DNA of 64,000 nucleotides from a virus. Positions within the stretch are counted from its first letter, which is position 1. Each line of letters starts with the position of its first letter. The stretch lies in IMG/VR virus record IMGVR_UViG_3300022555_001761. One strand, written 5' to 3'. A model generated the notes under the pieces. The model searched no databases. It was not told the origin of the DNA and saw only the letters and a program-made list of their open reading frames with translations. Shown here in pieces: positions 8,478 to 17,159 of the stretch. A program made the translations under genes and the position numbers.

Positions 8478-8648
8478 ATGCCTAGAAAAAAAATGCCAGA
8501 CGAAGAAAAAAAAACAAGATTAACATTAAAAATAAATGATAATCTACTTCATAAATTTGATAGCCTATTAAAATTAGATGATAAAAAAAGATCAACTAAA
8601 ATTGAAGAATTATTACAAGAATATATTAATAAAAGAAATAATGACTGA
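8478..8648 (+). CDS. ribbon-helix-helix DNA-binding protein (antitoxin-like)
   Basis: 56 aa MPRKKMPDEEKKTRLTLKINDNLLHKFDSLLKLDDKKRSTKIEELLQEYINKRNND; stop TGA overlaps the ATG of the nucleotidyltransferase (ATGACTGA). Confidence 0.55.
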   Translation: MPRKKMPDEEKKTRLTLKINDNLLHKFDSLLKLDDKKRSTKIEELLQEYINKRNND

Positions 8649-9252
8649 AGCAGAGAAAATATGTGATGAATTAAATATAGATTACTCTAAAGTTTTGAAC
8701 ATCTACATGTATGGTTCGAAAATTTACGGTACTAATGATGAGTTTTCTGATAGTGATTATATCATTGTTTTTAAATCGTCGTTGCTTCCAAGCGGCGCAT
8801 TTAGAGATAATGCTATTTCATCTGTGGATTATAGCACGCAAGCCGTTTGTTATTCAAGATCAGGCTTCATTGATGCAATAAACAACTACGAAATTGGTGC
8901 TTTAGAATGTATTTTCTTACCAGAAGATAAGATAGTTCAGAAGAAAATGAACTTTGGTATTACAAAATACAACGACAAAGAATTATCAAAAAAAATTATT
9001 CAAAAGGCATCTGCAAGTTGGCACTTTGCAACTTTAGCACACAAAGATGATAATATGGAATCTTGTGCTAAGAATGTTTTTCATGCTTTGAGAATTTTAG
9101 ATTTTGGTATTCAAGTTAAAAGAAACAAAACAATTGTCGATTATTCAAGTATGAATAAAATACAGGCTGAAATAATGAACAACTTTAATTATTTTAATCC
9201 ATATGATTATTATGATATGTTTATAAATTTAAGTGAGGAAATTAAGAAATGA
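8641..9252 (+). CDS. minimal nucleotidyltransferase (MNT/KNTase-like, pol-beta superfamily)
   Basis: IYMYGSKIYGTNDEFSDSDYIIV matches the GS-x(9-13)-[DE]h[DE] NTase motif (compare ANT(4') IGVYGSLGRQTDGPYSDIEMMCV); helical C-terminal half. Confidence 0.6.
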   Translation: MTEAEKICDELNIDYSKVLNIYMYGSKIYGTNDEFSDSDYIIVFKSSLLPSGAFRDNAISSVDYSTQAVCYSRSGFIDAINNYEIGALECIFLPEDKIVQKKMNFGITKYNDKELSKKIIQKASASWHFATLAHKDDNMESCAKNVFHALRILDFGIQVKRNKTIVDYSSMNKIQAEIMNNFNYFNPYDYYDMFINLSEEIKK

Positions 9253-9449
9253 TAACACTATTTATTAATATTAAAAATATATTTAAGTATGCTAAAAAAG
9301 AATTAGTGTACACTTGGATATTCTTTTTATTTTTGGGATTAGCAAGTAAATCACCACACAATTTTTTTGAAAATGTAATACTAAGTGGACTAATGACAAT
9401 TTGTATGGTGATAATAGCAGGAATAATGAAAACTCTTAAATTATTATGA
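9249..9449 (+). CDS. small membrane protein
   Basis: track ORF 66 aa, 2 TM. Confidence 0.4.
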   Translation: MITLFINIKNIFKYAKKELVYTWIFFLFLGLASKSPHNFFENVILSGLMTICMVIIAGIMKTLKLL

Positions 9450-10057
9450 AACCAATAATTTCACCAGTAATTCATATGTTAAATATGAATCAAGTCAGAG
9501 ATAATATTAATACTTGTTTAAGTGTTGGTATTGATCATGTTTTTATTATTAATCATGTTACAGGAGTCCCAGAATTGATTACTTGTACATTAAAAATGAG
9601 GGAAGAATTTCCTGATCTTTGGATAGGAATGAATGCGCTTGGTTATTATCCTTGGCAAGCACTTAATTTTGATTTAGATATTAATGCGCTTTGGATTGAT
9701 GAAACAATAACTACGGAAGAAAGAAATTTCAAAGGACTTGTTTTTGGTGGGCTTGCATTCAAATATCAAAAACAACCAAGTGATATAGAATTAGCTTGTA
9801 AAGATGCAATTAAATTTACTAATGTGGCTTGTACAAGTGGGCCTGGCACTGGAAAAGCACCAGCTATTGAAAAAATAAAAACATTAAGACATTATCTTGG
9901 TGATCACCCATTAGCTATTGCTTCAGGTGTTTCAGTTGATAATGTTCATTTGTATTCAGAATATGTTGATTATTTGATGGTTGCATCTAGCATAACAGAT
10001 AAAAATGAAATGATTAATAAAGATAAATTATATCACTTGTATGAAAGAATTATGTGA
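9446..10057 (+). CDS. predicted TIM-barrel protein, BtpA/SgcQ-like (tentative)
   Basis: N-terminus PIISPVIHML resembles BtpA family PliGvvHL; GPGTGKAP and IASGVS glycine-rich segments. Confidence 0.3.
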   Translation: MKPIISPVIHMLNMNQVRDNINTCLSVGIDHVFIINHVTGVPELITCTLKMREEFPDLWIGMNALGYYPWQALNFDLDINALWIDETITTEERNFKGLVFGGLAFKYQKQPSDIELACKDAIKFTNVACTSGPGTGKAPAIEKIKTLRHYLGDHPLAIASGVSVDNVHLYSEYVDYLMVASSITDKNEMINKDKLYHLYERIM

Positions 10058-10301
10058 TTGTGGTAAAATTGCAATTTGGTTTTATGCGCCAGTAACTGAT
10101 ATTAAGAGAAATCCTTACTATTGTGATGGTTGTGTGCCAAGAGGTTGCTCTTGTAATCATTATCATGTAGATGAAAATGTACATTCTGAAGAAGATCAAC
10201 CTATAAAATGGATAGAAGAAGATAAAGTTTGGTGTAGTGTTGATGAACAAGGTAGAGAATATCCTTGTTGTGAATATTGGTATGATGAATATGGATGGTA
10301 A
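10041..10301 (+). CDS. Cys-rich small protein
   Basis: track ORF 86 aa with multiple CxxC pairs. Confidence 0.4.
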   Translation: MKELCDCGKIAIWFYAPVTDIKRNPYYCDGCVPRGCSCNHYHVDENVHSEEDQPIKWIEEDKVWCSVDEQGREYPCCEYWYDEYGW

Positions 10302-10350
10302 GTTGAAGAATAAAAAAAGCCTCAAAGATGGATGGGAAGTTGAAGAATAA

Positions 10351-10380
10351 AAAAAGCCTCAAATTTTGAGGCTTTTTTTA
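10351..10380. terminator. bidirectional rho-independent terminator
   Basis: AAAAAGCCTCAAA-TTTTGAGGCTTTTTTT between convergent genes. Confidence 0.7.
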
Positions 10381-10803
10381 TTTGTTATCTCTATTTTTAC
10401 CTAGATGATATCCATCACAGTAAATACATTTATACACTGAAAAATGTTTATCCATTTTTTTCGCCATACTATCTGCAGCTTTCTTTGCTGTTTCCTTAGT
10501 ATTATACATCACCTTTAGTTTACCATCCTCTCTCTGGTGACTTCTAATACTAAATAGACCCATTGCGTTGCCTGTAATAAAAAAGTTCTTAAAGGCTCTC
10601 TTTAATGGTAATTGTTCTTTAAGTCCAAGAAACAAATTTTCAACTTTAATTTTCTTATATTTTAATAATAAGTCAATTGCAATCCACAAAATTGCTAATA
10701 TACTACAAATAGCGCCAAACCACAAATAAAATTGGTGTATATGGTAAATAACTAACCATACACTAAGTAACAATATAAATAACGGATATTTTAATGTTTT
10801 CAT
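10378..10803 (-). CDS. membrane protein with C-terminal zinc ribbon
   Basis: track ORF 141 aa; 2 TM; CIYCDGYH. Confidence 0.45.
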   Translation of the reverse strand: MKTLKYPLFILLLSVWLVIYHIHQFYLWFGAICSILAILWIAIDLLLKYKKIKVENLFLGLKEQLPLKRAFKNFFITGNAMGLFSIRSHQREDGKLKVMYNTKETAKKAADSMAKKMDKHFSVYKCIYCDGYHLGKNRDNK

Positions 10804-11087
10804 TTTAATAATCTTAATTTTTCTAGTTTTTGTTTTCTGATATTTTGAATTTTTTTCATTTCAAATAATTTGATATCATATTCTGTAAATATGTCTTTAA
10901 TTGATTGTGTTGAGTCTATGTAAGTATATAATAATTTATTTTTTAAAAATATTTGTTTTTTATTTGTGCCTAATTTTTTTAAAATATTTTTAAAGAAATT
11001 GAACCCAAGTAAAAGGTAAAAAATCATAAATATAGAACATATAAATGATATAAAAAATAGTATTATTAATATTAAAACATCTAGCAT
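10800..11087 (-). CDS. family-B small membrane protein (tail IRKQKLEKLRLLK)
   Basis: track ORF 95 aa; the only minus-strand family-B member. Confidence 0.5.
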   Translation of the reverse strand: MLDVLILIILFFISFICSIFMIFYLLLGFNFFKNILKKLGTNKKQIFLKNKLLYTYIDSTQSIKDIFTEYDIKLFEMKKIQNIRKQKLEKLRLLK

Positions 11088-11108
11088 TGTAATTTAGAAT
11101 TTAATTTT

Positions 11109-11118
11109 CACAAAGATA
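11109..11118 (-). promoter_or_regulatory. -7 box TATCTTTGTG (minus strand) for 10800..11087
   Basis: reverse complement of CACAAAGATA, 21 nt upstream of the start. Confidence 0.4.
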
Positions 11119-11124
11119 ATAAAA

Positions 11125-11203
11125 AATATCATAAGTGATACTTTTTTTAAGTAATTATATAAAAATATTTCACCTAGATAGTAAAAGTATCATAGGTGAT
11201 ACT
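11125..11203. promoter_or_regulatory. two copies of an 18-bp palindrome (AATATCAtaagTGATACT 11125..11142; AGTATCAtaggTGATACT 11186..11203), candidate operator pair
   Basis: near-identical inverted repeats about 61 bp apart in a divergent intergenic region. Confidence 0.5.
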
Positions 11204-11318
11204 TTATATTTTGTTTATATATAACTAATTAATATACATATTTGTCCAGTTATTTTTGTTAAAAAGATGACATTTTTATTTTTTTACATCATTCCTTGTT
11301 TATATGAAGTTTTTTTTG

Positions 11319-11329
11319 TACTTTTGTAC
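11319..11329 (+). promoter_or_regulatory. -7 box TACTTTTGTAC
   Basis: identical to the box at 4725; 21 nt upstream of ORF 11350. Confidence 0.45.
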
Positions 11330-11349
11330 CATTAAATAAAAACTATTTT

Positions 11350-11607
11350 ATGGAACTGAAATATCAATTAGACAAAGAGACATTAGATATGTTCTCAGCA
11401 AAAGTAAACAGAAGTAAAAACCAGACTCAATTTTTATTTAACCTAGTTGATGGTGATTTTGAAAAATTGAAACAACTTGAAATGCAATTGTACAATTGCT
11501 TTGTTTGTTCTTGTCCAGGTGATAAAGAAGAAGTTGAAGAAGTTATGAAATTGGTTCCTAAAAAACAACATTTGGTTTTAGAAGAACCAGATTTTTTGAA
11601 TCAGTAA
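11350..11607 (+). CDS. hypothetical protein
   Basis: track ORF 85 aa. Confidence 0.4.
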   Translation: MELKYQLDKETLDMFSAKVNRSKNQTQFLFNLVDGDFEKLKQLEMQLYNCFVCSCPGDKEEVEEVMKLVPKKQHLVLEEPDFLNQ

Positions 11608-11623
11608 ATTTATAAAAAGTATA

Positions 11624-11878
11624 ATGAAAGAAAAAATATTATGTGCTGCAGTTAATTTCAATGGAGTTATAATTCCTGGTTTTAGGCATGTGGATTGTTA
11701 TGATGTACTAATAAAATTGGGTATTAAGTATGTTGATGAAGAACAAGGATTTCTAACTTCATATAATAGATTTGTTAGTAGGAGAGAAGCATGGATAATT
11801 GCCAAGAAAAATAACCAAATCAGTCCTGAAATATTGAAACAAGATTATTTAGAATTAATTAGTGAAGATTTATATTAA
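11624..11878 (+). CDS. hypothetical protein
   Basis: track ORF 84 aa. Confidence 0.4.
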   Translation: MKEKILCAAVNFNGVIIPGFRHVDCYDVLIKLGIKYVDEEQGFLTSYNRFVSRREAWIIAKKNNQISPEILKQDYLELISEDLY

Positions 11879-12158
11879 AATTATGAAATATTTAACTTTA
11901 GAACATTTAGGTACATTACCTACACCAAGATTACTTACTTACTATAAAATAGTTAGAAGGAAAATTAGAAGGCATCAGAATTCATTATATTGTGAGTGTT
12001 GTGGCACACCTGTTTATCAATTATATGGTAAATTAAATACAAAAGAAGAAAATGAAAAATTGAAACTAGAATTTGAAACTGATCTTCATGATAGTGAAAA
12101 CTATCTTGAATCAATAAAAACATTATTAAACACAAGAGAACACGTAAAACGAAAATGA
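11862..12158 (+). CDS. hypothetical protein with CxxCC zinc motif
   Basis: track ORF 98 aa. Confidence 0.4.
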   Translation: MKIYIKIMKYLTLEHLGTLPTPRLLTYYKIVRRKIRRHQNSLYCECCGTPVYQLYGKLNTKEENEKLKLEFETDLHDSENYLESIKTLLNTREHVKRK

Positions 12159-12829
12159 AACATTACGATAGTTTTGAGAATATTAAGTACGACCAACTTT
12201 TGTTGGGTGAAGAAATCTGGGCATCAAATAAAATTGATGGTCAGAATTTTTGTGCTAAATATTCACCGAGACAAAAAGAATTTACTATGTTTGGATCTAA
12301 AAATCAAAATGTAGATGAAACAAGTGAGCAATTTGGTAAAGCAGTTTTGTATTTCAAACAAAATATGGCTGATACTCTAAAACAAATCATCATAAACAAT
12401 TCAAAAAAAGGTGGAGTATTTACTGGCGTTGAAGAAATTACAGTATTTTGTGAGTGGTACGGTGAGAACACTTTTAGTGGATTTCATGTGCCTGGCGAAG
12501 AATTAAAATTATGTCTAATAGATGTGTTCTTGAAAAAGAAAGGCTACATTGAACCAAAAATATTCTATAAACTCTTTGATGGCTACAGTAATATTGAAGT
12601 ACCAGAACTCATATATAGTGGCAAACTAACAAAGGATTTCATCAATTCTATTGTGAATAATGATTGGACTAAGCCTGGTTGTTTATATCCAACTGTTAAA
12701 GAAGGTGTAGTTTGTAAACGATCAACTTTAATGAAAGGTCAAAGAATGCCAAAGGCAAAAATAAAAACTGGATGGTGGTTAAATAAATTGACAGAATTAT
12801 ATCCTGATAGATGGAAAGAATTAGAATGA
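12155..12829 (+). CDS. Rnl2-family RNA ligase-like nucleotidyltransferase domain protein
   Basis: KHYDSFENIKYDQLLLGEEIWASNKIDGQNF aligns with T4 Rnl2 KKYSSLENHYNS...EWVAREKIHGTNF, including the KxDG adenylation motif. Confidence 0.55.
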   Translation: MKHYDSFENIKYDQLLLGEEIWASNKIDGQNFCAKYSPRQKEFTMFGSKNQNVDETSEQFGKAVLYFKQNMADTLKQIIINNSKKGGVFTGVEEITVFCEWYGENTFSGFHVPGEELKLCLIDVFLKKKGYIEPKIFYKLFDGYSNIEVPELIYSGKLTKDFINSIVNNDWTKPGCLYPTVKEGVVCKRSTLMKGQRMPKAKIKTGWWLNKLTELYPDRWKELE

Positions 12830-12833
12830 ACTA

Positions 12834-14042
12834 CTAAGTAGTTTCCTTACAAAGATTATACTTTATAAGAACTTTAGATAAATCTAAAGGCTCGTTCATA
12901 GAAGCAAAGTGATTTCCGAACCACCTATTCAATATATTTATGGCTGAATTTAAATCACGGTCTATAATTATGGTGTCTGATAACTGAACTTCCCTATTAC
13001 CAAGACTTATTTTATCTTTAAATAGTTTTCCAGTTAGACAGTTAATTTGTGTTGTCCATTTTTCATCAATTTTCACCAAGTTGGTATTTTTTGCTTGACA
13101 CTTATATGTAAGGAATTGTAGAAACATATTGATATTAGATTGACTAAATGACTTTCTAATACCTTTTTTATTCTCATTCACTCCTTCTGTTGACATTAGC
13201 CTCTTAACTGTTAGATCACCAACTACAATTGTATTGTAGTTCATATTCGATAACTTTTTACTCTGAATATGAAGAGTTTGTTTTATTTGTTCGTTCTTTT
13301 TATGATAACATTTATTTAATGTTTTTTTCAATAATAAGTTTCTATTTGATCCTTTTGTTGTTTTACTCCTTTTGTTTTGTATTTTTGCTATTTGTTTCTG
13401 ATAATAATCATTAATTTTTTTAGATTTATTTTTTAATACAATCATACCACCTTTATTATCTATTCCTGTTCCTAATTTACTTAACCCCAAATCAATAGCA
13501 AGAACTTTAGTTTTAACATTAACATCATTAAAATATTCTATTTTATCGTCAATCACCAAATCACACAACCATTTATGTCTAATAAATTTAATTCTTATTT
13601 CTTTTATTTTTAAATCTTTAATATTTAAATTTGATTTATATTCAAATGGAATTTGATTTAGAAAGAACAATCCTTTTTTTATCATCCATCCTGATTGATT
13701 AAAAGAAATAGTATGAAAATAATTATTTTCTATTTTTCTTGGTGGTTTAGCATTTTTATCTTTTTTTATCAAATTAAAAAATGACCTATAAGATCCATAT
13801 AATTCTGTTGCTATTGTTTGAATTGCCTTTGAATTTAATTTCTTCCAATCTGGATATTCTTCTTTTAATAATGGTAATAAATTATTTAACTTGAATTTAT
13901 CTAAAATTATTTTATCTGTTTCATATTTATCTTGTTGTATATCAAGCAATTTATTCCATATATCTTTACGAATATCAGATAATTCTTGTAATTCAAGAAT
14001 TTGTTCTTTTGATGGAAATAATCTTATTTGATACGTCTTCAT
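12834..14042 (-). CDS. tnpB: IS605-family TnpB-like protein with degenerate zinc finger
   Basis: 402 aa; RuvC-III DRDLNSAINI retained, but the CxxC...CxxC zinc finger is replaced by NCLTGK...QLSDT; no tnpA adjacent. Confidence 0.75.
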   Translation of the reverse strand: MKTYQIRLFPSKEQILELQELSDIRKDIWNKLLDIQQDKYETDKIILDKFKLNNLLPLLKEEYPDWKKLNSKAIQTIATELYGSYRSFFNLIKKDKNAKPPRKIENNYFHTISFNQSGWMIKKGLFFLNQIPFEYKSNLNIKDLKIKEIRIKFIRHKWLCDLVIDDKIEYFNDVNVKTKVLAIDLGLSKLGTGIDNKGGMIVLKNKSKKINDYYQKQIAKIQNKRSKTTKGSNRNLLLKKTLNKCYHKKNEQIKQTLHIQSKKLSNMNYNTIVVGDLTVKRLMSTEGVNENKKGIRKSFSQSNINMFLQFLTYKCQAKNTNLVKIDEKWTTQINCLTGKLFKDKISLGNREVQLSDTIIIDRDLNSAINILNRWFGNHFASMNEPLDLSKVLIKYNLCKETT

Positions 14043-14114
14043 TTTACTTATACAACATTTTTTATACTATTATATATAAATATAATAAAATCAAAAAGGC
14101 TATTTTAGTGTCTT

Positions 14115-14144
14115 TTAACATTATTTAACATTAAATTAACATTA
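14115..14144. repeat. TTAACATTA x3 at about 10-bp periodicity
   Basis: same TTAACAT core as the 8441 repeat; located between the tnpB start and the NADAR gene. Confidence 0.5.
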
Positions 14145-14161
14145 AATATAAACAAATATTA

Positions 14162-14171
14162 TATATTTGTA
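14162..14171 (+). promoter_or_regulatory. -7 box TATATTTGTA
   Basis: identical decamer at 29816 and 36242; about 33 nt upstream of 14204. Confidence 0.4.
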
Positions 14172-14203
14172 TAAATCTTGTAAGCAAACGAATAAAAATA
14201 AAT

Positions 14204-14662
14204 ATGGAAAAGAAATATACATTTTTTTGGAATGGAGTTTTTAGTAACTGGCATAGAGCGATATTCAAAGTGGATGGTGTTACATTTAGTTCTGGGGAAC
14301 AGTACTTCATGTACAAAAAGGCTATTGTGTTTCACGATTTTGACTCTGCAGAAAAGATTATGAATGAAGAACATCCAAGAAGGCAAAAGGCTTTAGGAAA
14401 ATTAGTAAAGAATTTTAACAAAAAAACTTGGGATGATCTTTGTTATGATATAGTTAAGGATGGATTACGTGAAAAGTTTAAGCAAAATCCTGATATGAAA
14501 GAATATCTAATTAGTTGTAAAGACACTATTATTGTTGAAGCATCACCAGAGGATAGAATTTGGGGAATTGGATACGGAGAATGGGAAGCACTTGAAAATA
14601 TTGATGATTGGGGTCAAAATCTGTTAGGTAAAATATGTACTGAATTGGCTAATGAACTATGA
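14204..14662 (+). CDS. NADAR (YbiA-like) domain protein
   Basis: FFWNGVFSNWHRA...FSSGEQYFMYKKA...ASPEDRIWGIG NADAR signature. Confidence 0.8.
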   Translation: MEKKYTFFWNGVFSNWHRAIFKVDGVTFSSGEQYFMYKKAIVFHDFDSAEKIMNEEHPRRQKALGKLVKNFNKKTWDDLCYDIVKDGLREKFKQNPDMKEYLISCKDTIIVEASPEDRIWGIGYGEWEALENIDDWGQNLLGKICTELANEL

Positions 14663-14877
14663 AAAAATATTTTGTAATTAAAAACCGTGGTTGGGGTGCA
14701 TTAAAAGAAGGAGACGTGGTTGGTATAACCACTAATGAAGAATATGCAAAATCAAGAGTGGAATGGGCAACTTATTACGAAGAAGTTAAAATGCTTGATT
14801 TTCCAGATTCAATTAAAAAGATTAGAAAAAAGAAATTAAAAAAAATAAATAAAAATGGAAAAGAAATTACCAATTGA
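14659..14877 (+). CDS. family-B small protein (tail IRKKKLKKINKNGKEITN)
   Basis: track ORF 72 aa. Confidence 0.5.
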   Translation: MKKYFVIKNRGWGALKEGDVVGITTNEEYAKSRVEWATYYEEVKMLDFPDSIKKIRKKKLKKINKNGKEITN

Positions 14878-15205
14878 ACTTTTAATCTGTGCTTGTCATA
14901 ACACAGAACATCAACTTATTCTATCACATGAATATGATGAAGATATAAAATTAGATGCTGATGGTAATGAAATGAAGGATGCAAATGGCAAATTTATCTA
15001 CGATAAAAAGTATCCTATTTGTTATGCTCATGTTCATCTTAAAAAACATTATTTTTGGAGTAGACTTAAATATGCTATTAAACATATTTTTGGCTATCAG
15101 TGTAGATATGGAGCTTTTGATGAATTTATTTTTAAGCCAGAAGATGCTCCAAGATTACAGCAGTTAGTTGATCATCTAAATGAACAAATAAAATCAGAAG
15201 AATAA
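14855..15205 (+). CDS. hypothetical protein
   Basis: track ORF 116 aa. Confidence 0.4.
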   Translation: MEKKLPIELLICACHNTEHQLILSHEYDEDIKLDADGNEMKDANGKFIYDKKYPICYAHVHLKKHYFWSRLKYAIKHIFGYQCRYGAFDEFIFKPEDAPRLQQLVDHLNEQIKSEE

Positions 15206-15267
15206 ATAATAAATTTGGTGGTCTCATATAAAAGCAGTATCTTTGTTCTACACTTAAAAACAATAAT

Positions 15268-15618
15268 ATGAACTACTCAGAGATCAAAATGTTAGAAGGT
15301 TCAATCAAAAATGAACTTCAGAAAAGGTTTCCTTATTCATCTACAAAGGTTTCCACATTAGGAGGTGAAAGTAAAGCAACAATCTTTTTCACTTTTAGTC
15401 TTGACAAATCAAGCACTTGGGAAAATGGCATCATGCAGAACAGTCGTTATTTTATCTTCAGTGTAACATACAAAGGTGAAGTAGAATGTATCAGTAAGTC
15501 AGTTAAAGAAGTGAACGTAAGAAAATTCACAATTGAAAATACTGAAAAGTTATTGATCAAGATTTCTAAAGTATTGGATGAAGTTAAAACTAAGGCAAAT
15601 AAAAAAGTTACTGCATAA
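15268..15618 (+). CDS. hypothetical protein
   Basis: track ORF 116 aa. Confidence 0.4.
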   Translation: MNYSEIKMLEGSIKNELQKRFPYSSTKVSTLGGESKATIFFTFSLDKSSTWENGIMQNSRYFIFSVTYKGEVECISKSVKEVNVRKFTIENTEKLLIKISKVLDEVKTKANKKVTA

Positions 15619-15623
15619 TGAAA

Positions 15624-16079
15624 TTAAAATTTAGAGAGCAATTTTTGTTCTCTAAATTTTTTCATAGAATTTGAGATTTTATTTTTTTGTTCCTCACTAA
15701 GTTTAGTATAAACTCTTCCATTTCTTGCAGATTGTATATGTTCAACTGACTTCTTTTTACCCTTTGATGCCTTAGACATTTTTTCTCTTGTCTCTACTGA
15801 AAATATCCTACCAGTGCAACCTTTTCTTATTTTTTCTTTTCTATCATTTGATAACTTGGTACCTGTTAATGTTTTTGATATTTTTTCTTTAGTTTCATCA
15901 CTTAATGGTCCTTTTAGTACACCCTTTAATCTTTTTGACATTTTTTCTTTTGATTCTTCACTCATTTTTTGACCCTTATGTGACTCTGAATTTTTTAATG
16001 TGTGTTCAATTGATTTTTTCTTACCCTTTAATGCAGCAGACATCTTCAATTTTGTTTCTTCAGTATGATGATATCCCAT
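15624..16079 (-). CDS. standalone NUMOD3-repeat DNA-binding protein (homing-endonuclease remnant without nuclease domain)
   Basis: at least five repeats of the xSEETKEKISKxLKG type; no GIY-YIG or HNH domain. Confidence 0.55.
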   Translation of the reverse strand: MGYHHTEETKLKMSAALKGKKKSIEHTLKNSESHKGQKMSEESKEKMSKRLKGVLKGPLSDETKEKISKTLTGTKLSNDRKEKIRKGCTGRIFSVETREKMSKASKGKKKSVEHIQSARNGRVYTKLSEEQKNKISNSMKKFREQKLLSKF

Positions 16080-16186
16080 TATTGTATCGCCACCAATAGT
16101 TAAATTATAACTTGCATACTTATTAAAAATATTTTTTTATTTGCTAAATTTTTTGTATATTTGCACTAACAATAAAAAAATAAATT

Positions 16187-16660
16187 ATGGATATAGGATC
16201 AGGGAAAGAGTACCCATCAAATGCTCTTAGTAATTTCGCACCACATCCATTTATATTTGATGGTGTAGATGTTTCTTCAATGGAAGGACTCCTACAGTCG
16301 TTTAAATATAAGAATTTTGATATGCAGAAAGAAATATGTAAACTCGTGGGGAAAGCAGCAAAATTCAAAGGTAAAAAGAAAAACTGGTACACAGATCAGA
16401 AGCTATATTGGAATGGTGCTGTATATGAAAGAGAATCAAAGGAATATCAATCTTTGTTAGATAGAGCCTTCGATGCTTTGGCTGAGAACACAGGATTTCA
16501 AAAAGCATTAATTGCATCTGGAAAATCAGTATTAACACACGAAATTGGAAAATCAAAAGAAAGTGAAACTGTTTTAACAAAAAGAGAATTCATTTCAAGG
16601 CTAAACAAAATTCGTGAGAGACTATTCAAAGAAAAAACTGGATTTAAATTTTCAGAATAA
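16187..16660 (+). CDS. second NADAR-like domain protein
   Basis: ALSNFAPHPFIFDGVDVSSMEGLLQSFKY matches the NADAR N-terminal LSNFxPxPFxxDG core. Confidence 0.55.
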   Translation: MDIGSGKEYPSNALSNFAPHPFIFDGVDVSSMEGLLQSFKYKNFDMQKEICKLVGKAAKFKGKKKNWYTDQKLYWNGAVYERESKEYQSLLDRAFDALAENTGFQKALIASGKSVLTHEIGKSKESETVLTKREFISRLNKIRERLFKEKTGFKFSE

Positions 16661-16663
16661 AAT

Positions 16664-16696
16664 AAAAAAAGAGGACTTTTCAGTCCTCTTTTTTTA
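16664..16696. terminator. bidirectional rho-independent terminator
   Basis: AAAAAAAGAGGACT-tttc-AGTCCTCTTTTTTT. Confidence 0.7.
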
Positions 16697-17159
16697 TATT
16701 TGCCTTTGTCCATTCTTCTGAAATCTTTCTTAAAGATGTACCTTTTACTAATTTATGATCAAAAAATCTAAACCTTAAAGGTATATGTTTTAATACTTTA
16801 ATAACCTTATATGGTAGGTTGACATTTTCTTTTATCCATTCAAATATTTCTTCATGTTCTTTTGGTATAATAAAAATTCTTTCACCTTCTGCATCTGATT
16901 GTAATATACCAAATCTTTCTTCTAACTCTTCATAGGCACAGGACAAACCGTCTCCAAAATATTTTAATCTCCAGTCACGTTGTGTAATACCTATAAATTT
17001 TTCAAATAATTGCCAAAAGAAAACATGGTATTGCATTGCTCTTTCACTGTGTTGTTCAGGTAAAGGCAGATTATTTTTATCTGATTTATCTAATAGATAT
17101 TTACTTGCATAAACTCTAATTTTTATTATGTAATAATCTTTACAATTAAATTTTTTCAT
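16680..17159 (-). CDS. hypothetical protein
   Basis: track ORF 159 aa. Confidence 0.4.
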   Translation of the reverse strand: MKKFNCKDYYIIKIRVYASKYLLDKSDKNNLPLPEQHSERAMQYHVFFWQLFEKFIGITQRDWRLKYFGDGLSCAYEELEERFGILQSDAEGERIFIIPKEHEEIFEWIKENVNLPYKVIKVLKHIPLRFRFFDHKLVKGTSLRKISEEWTKANIKKED

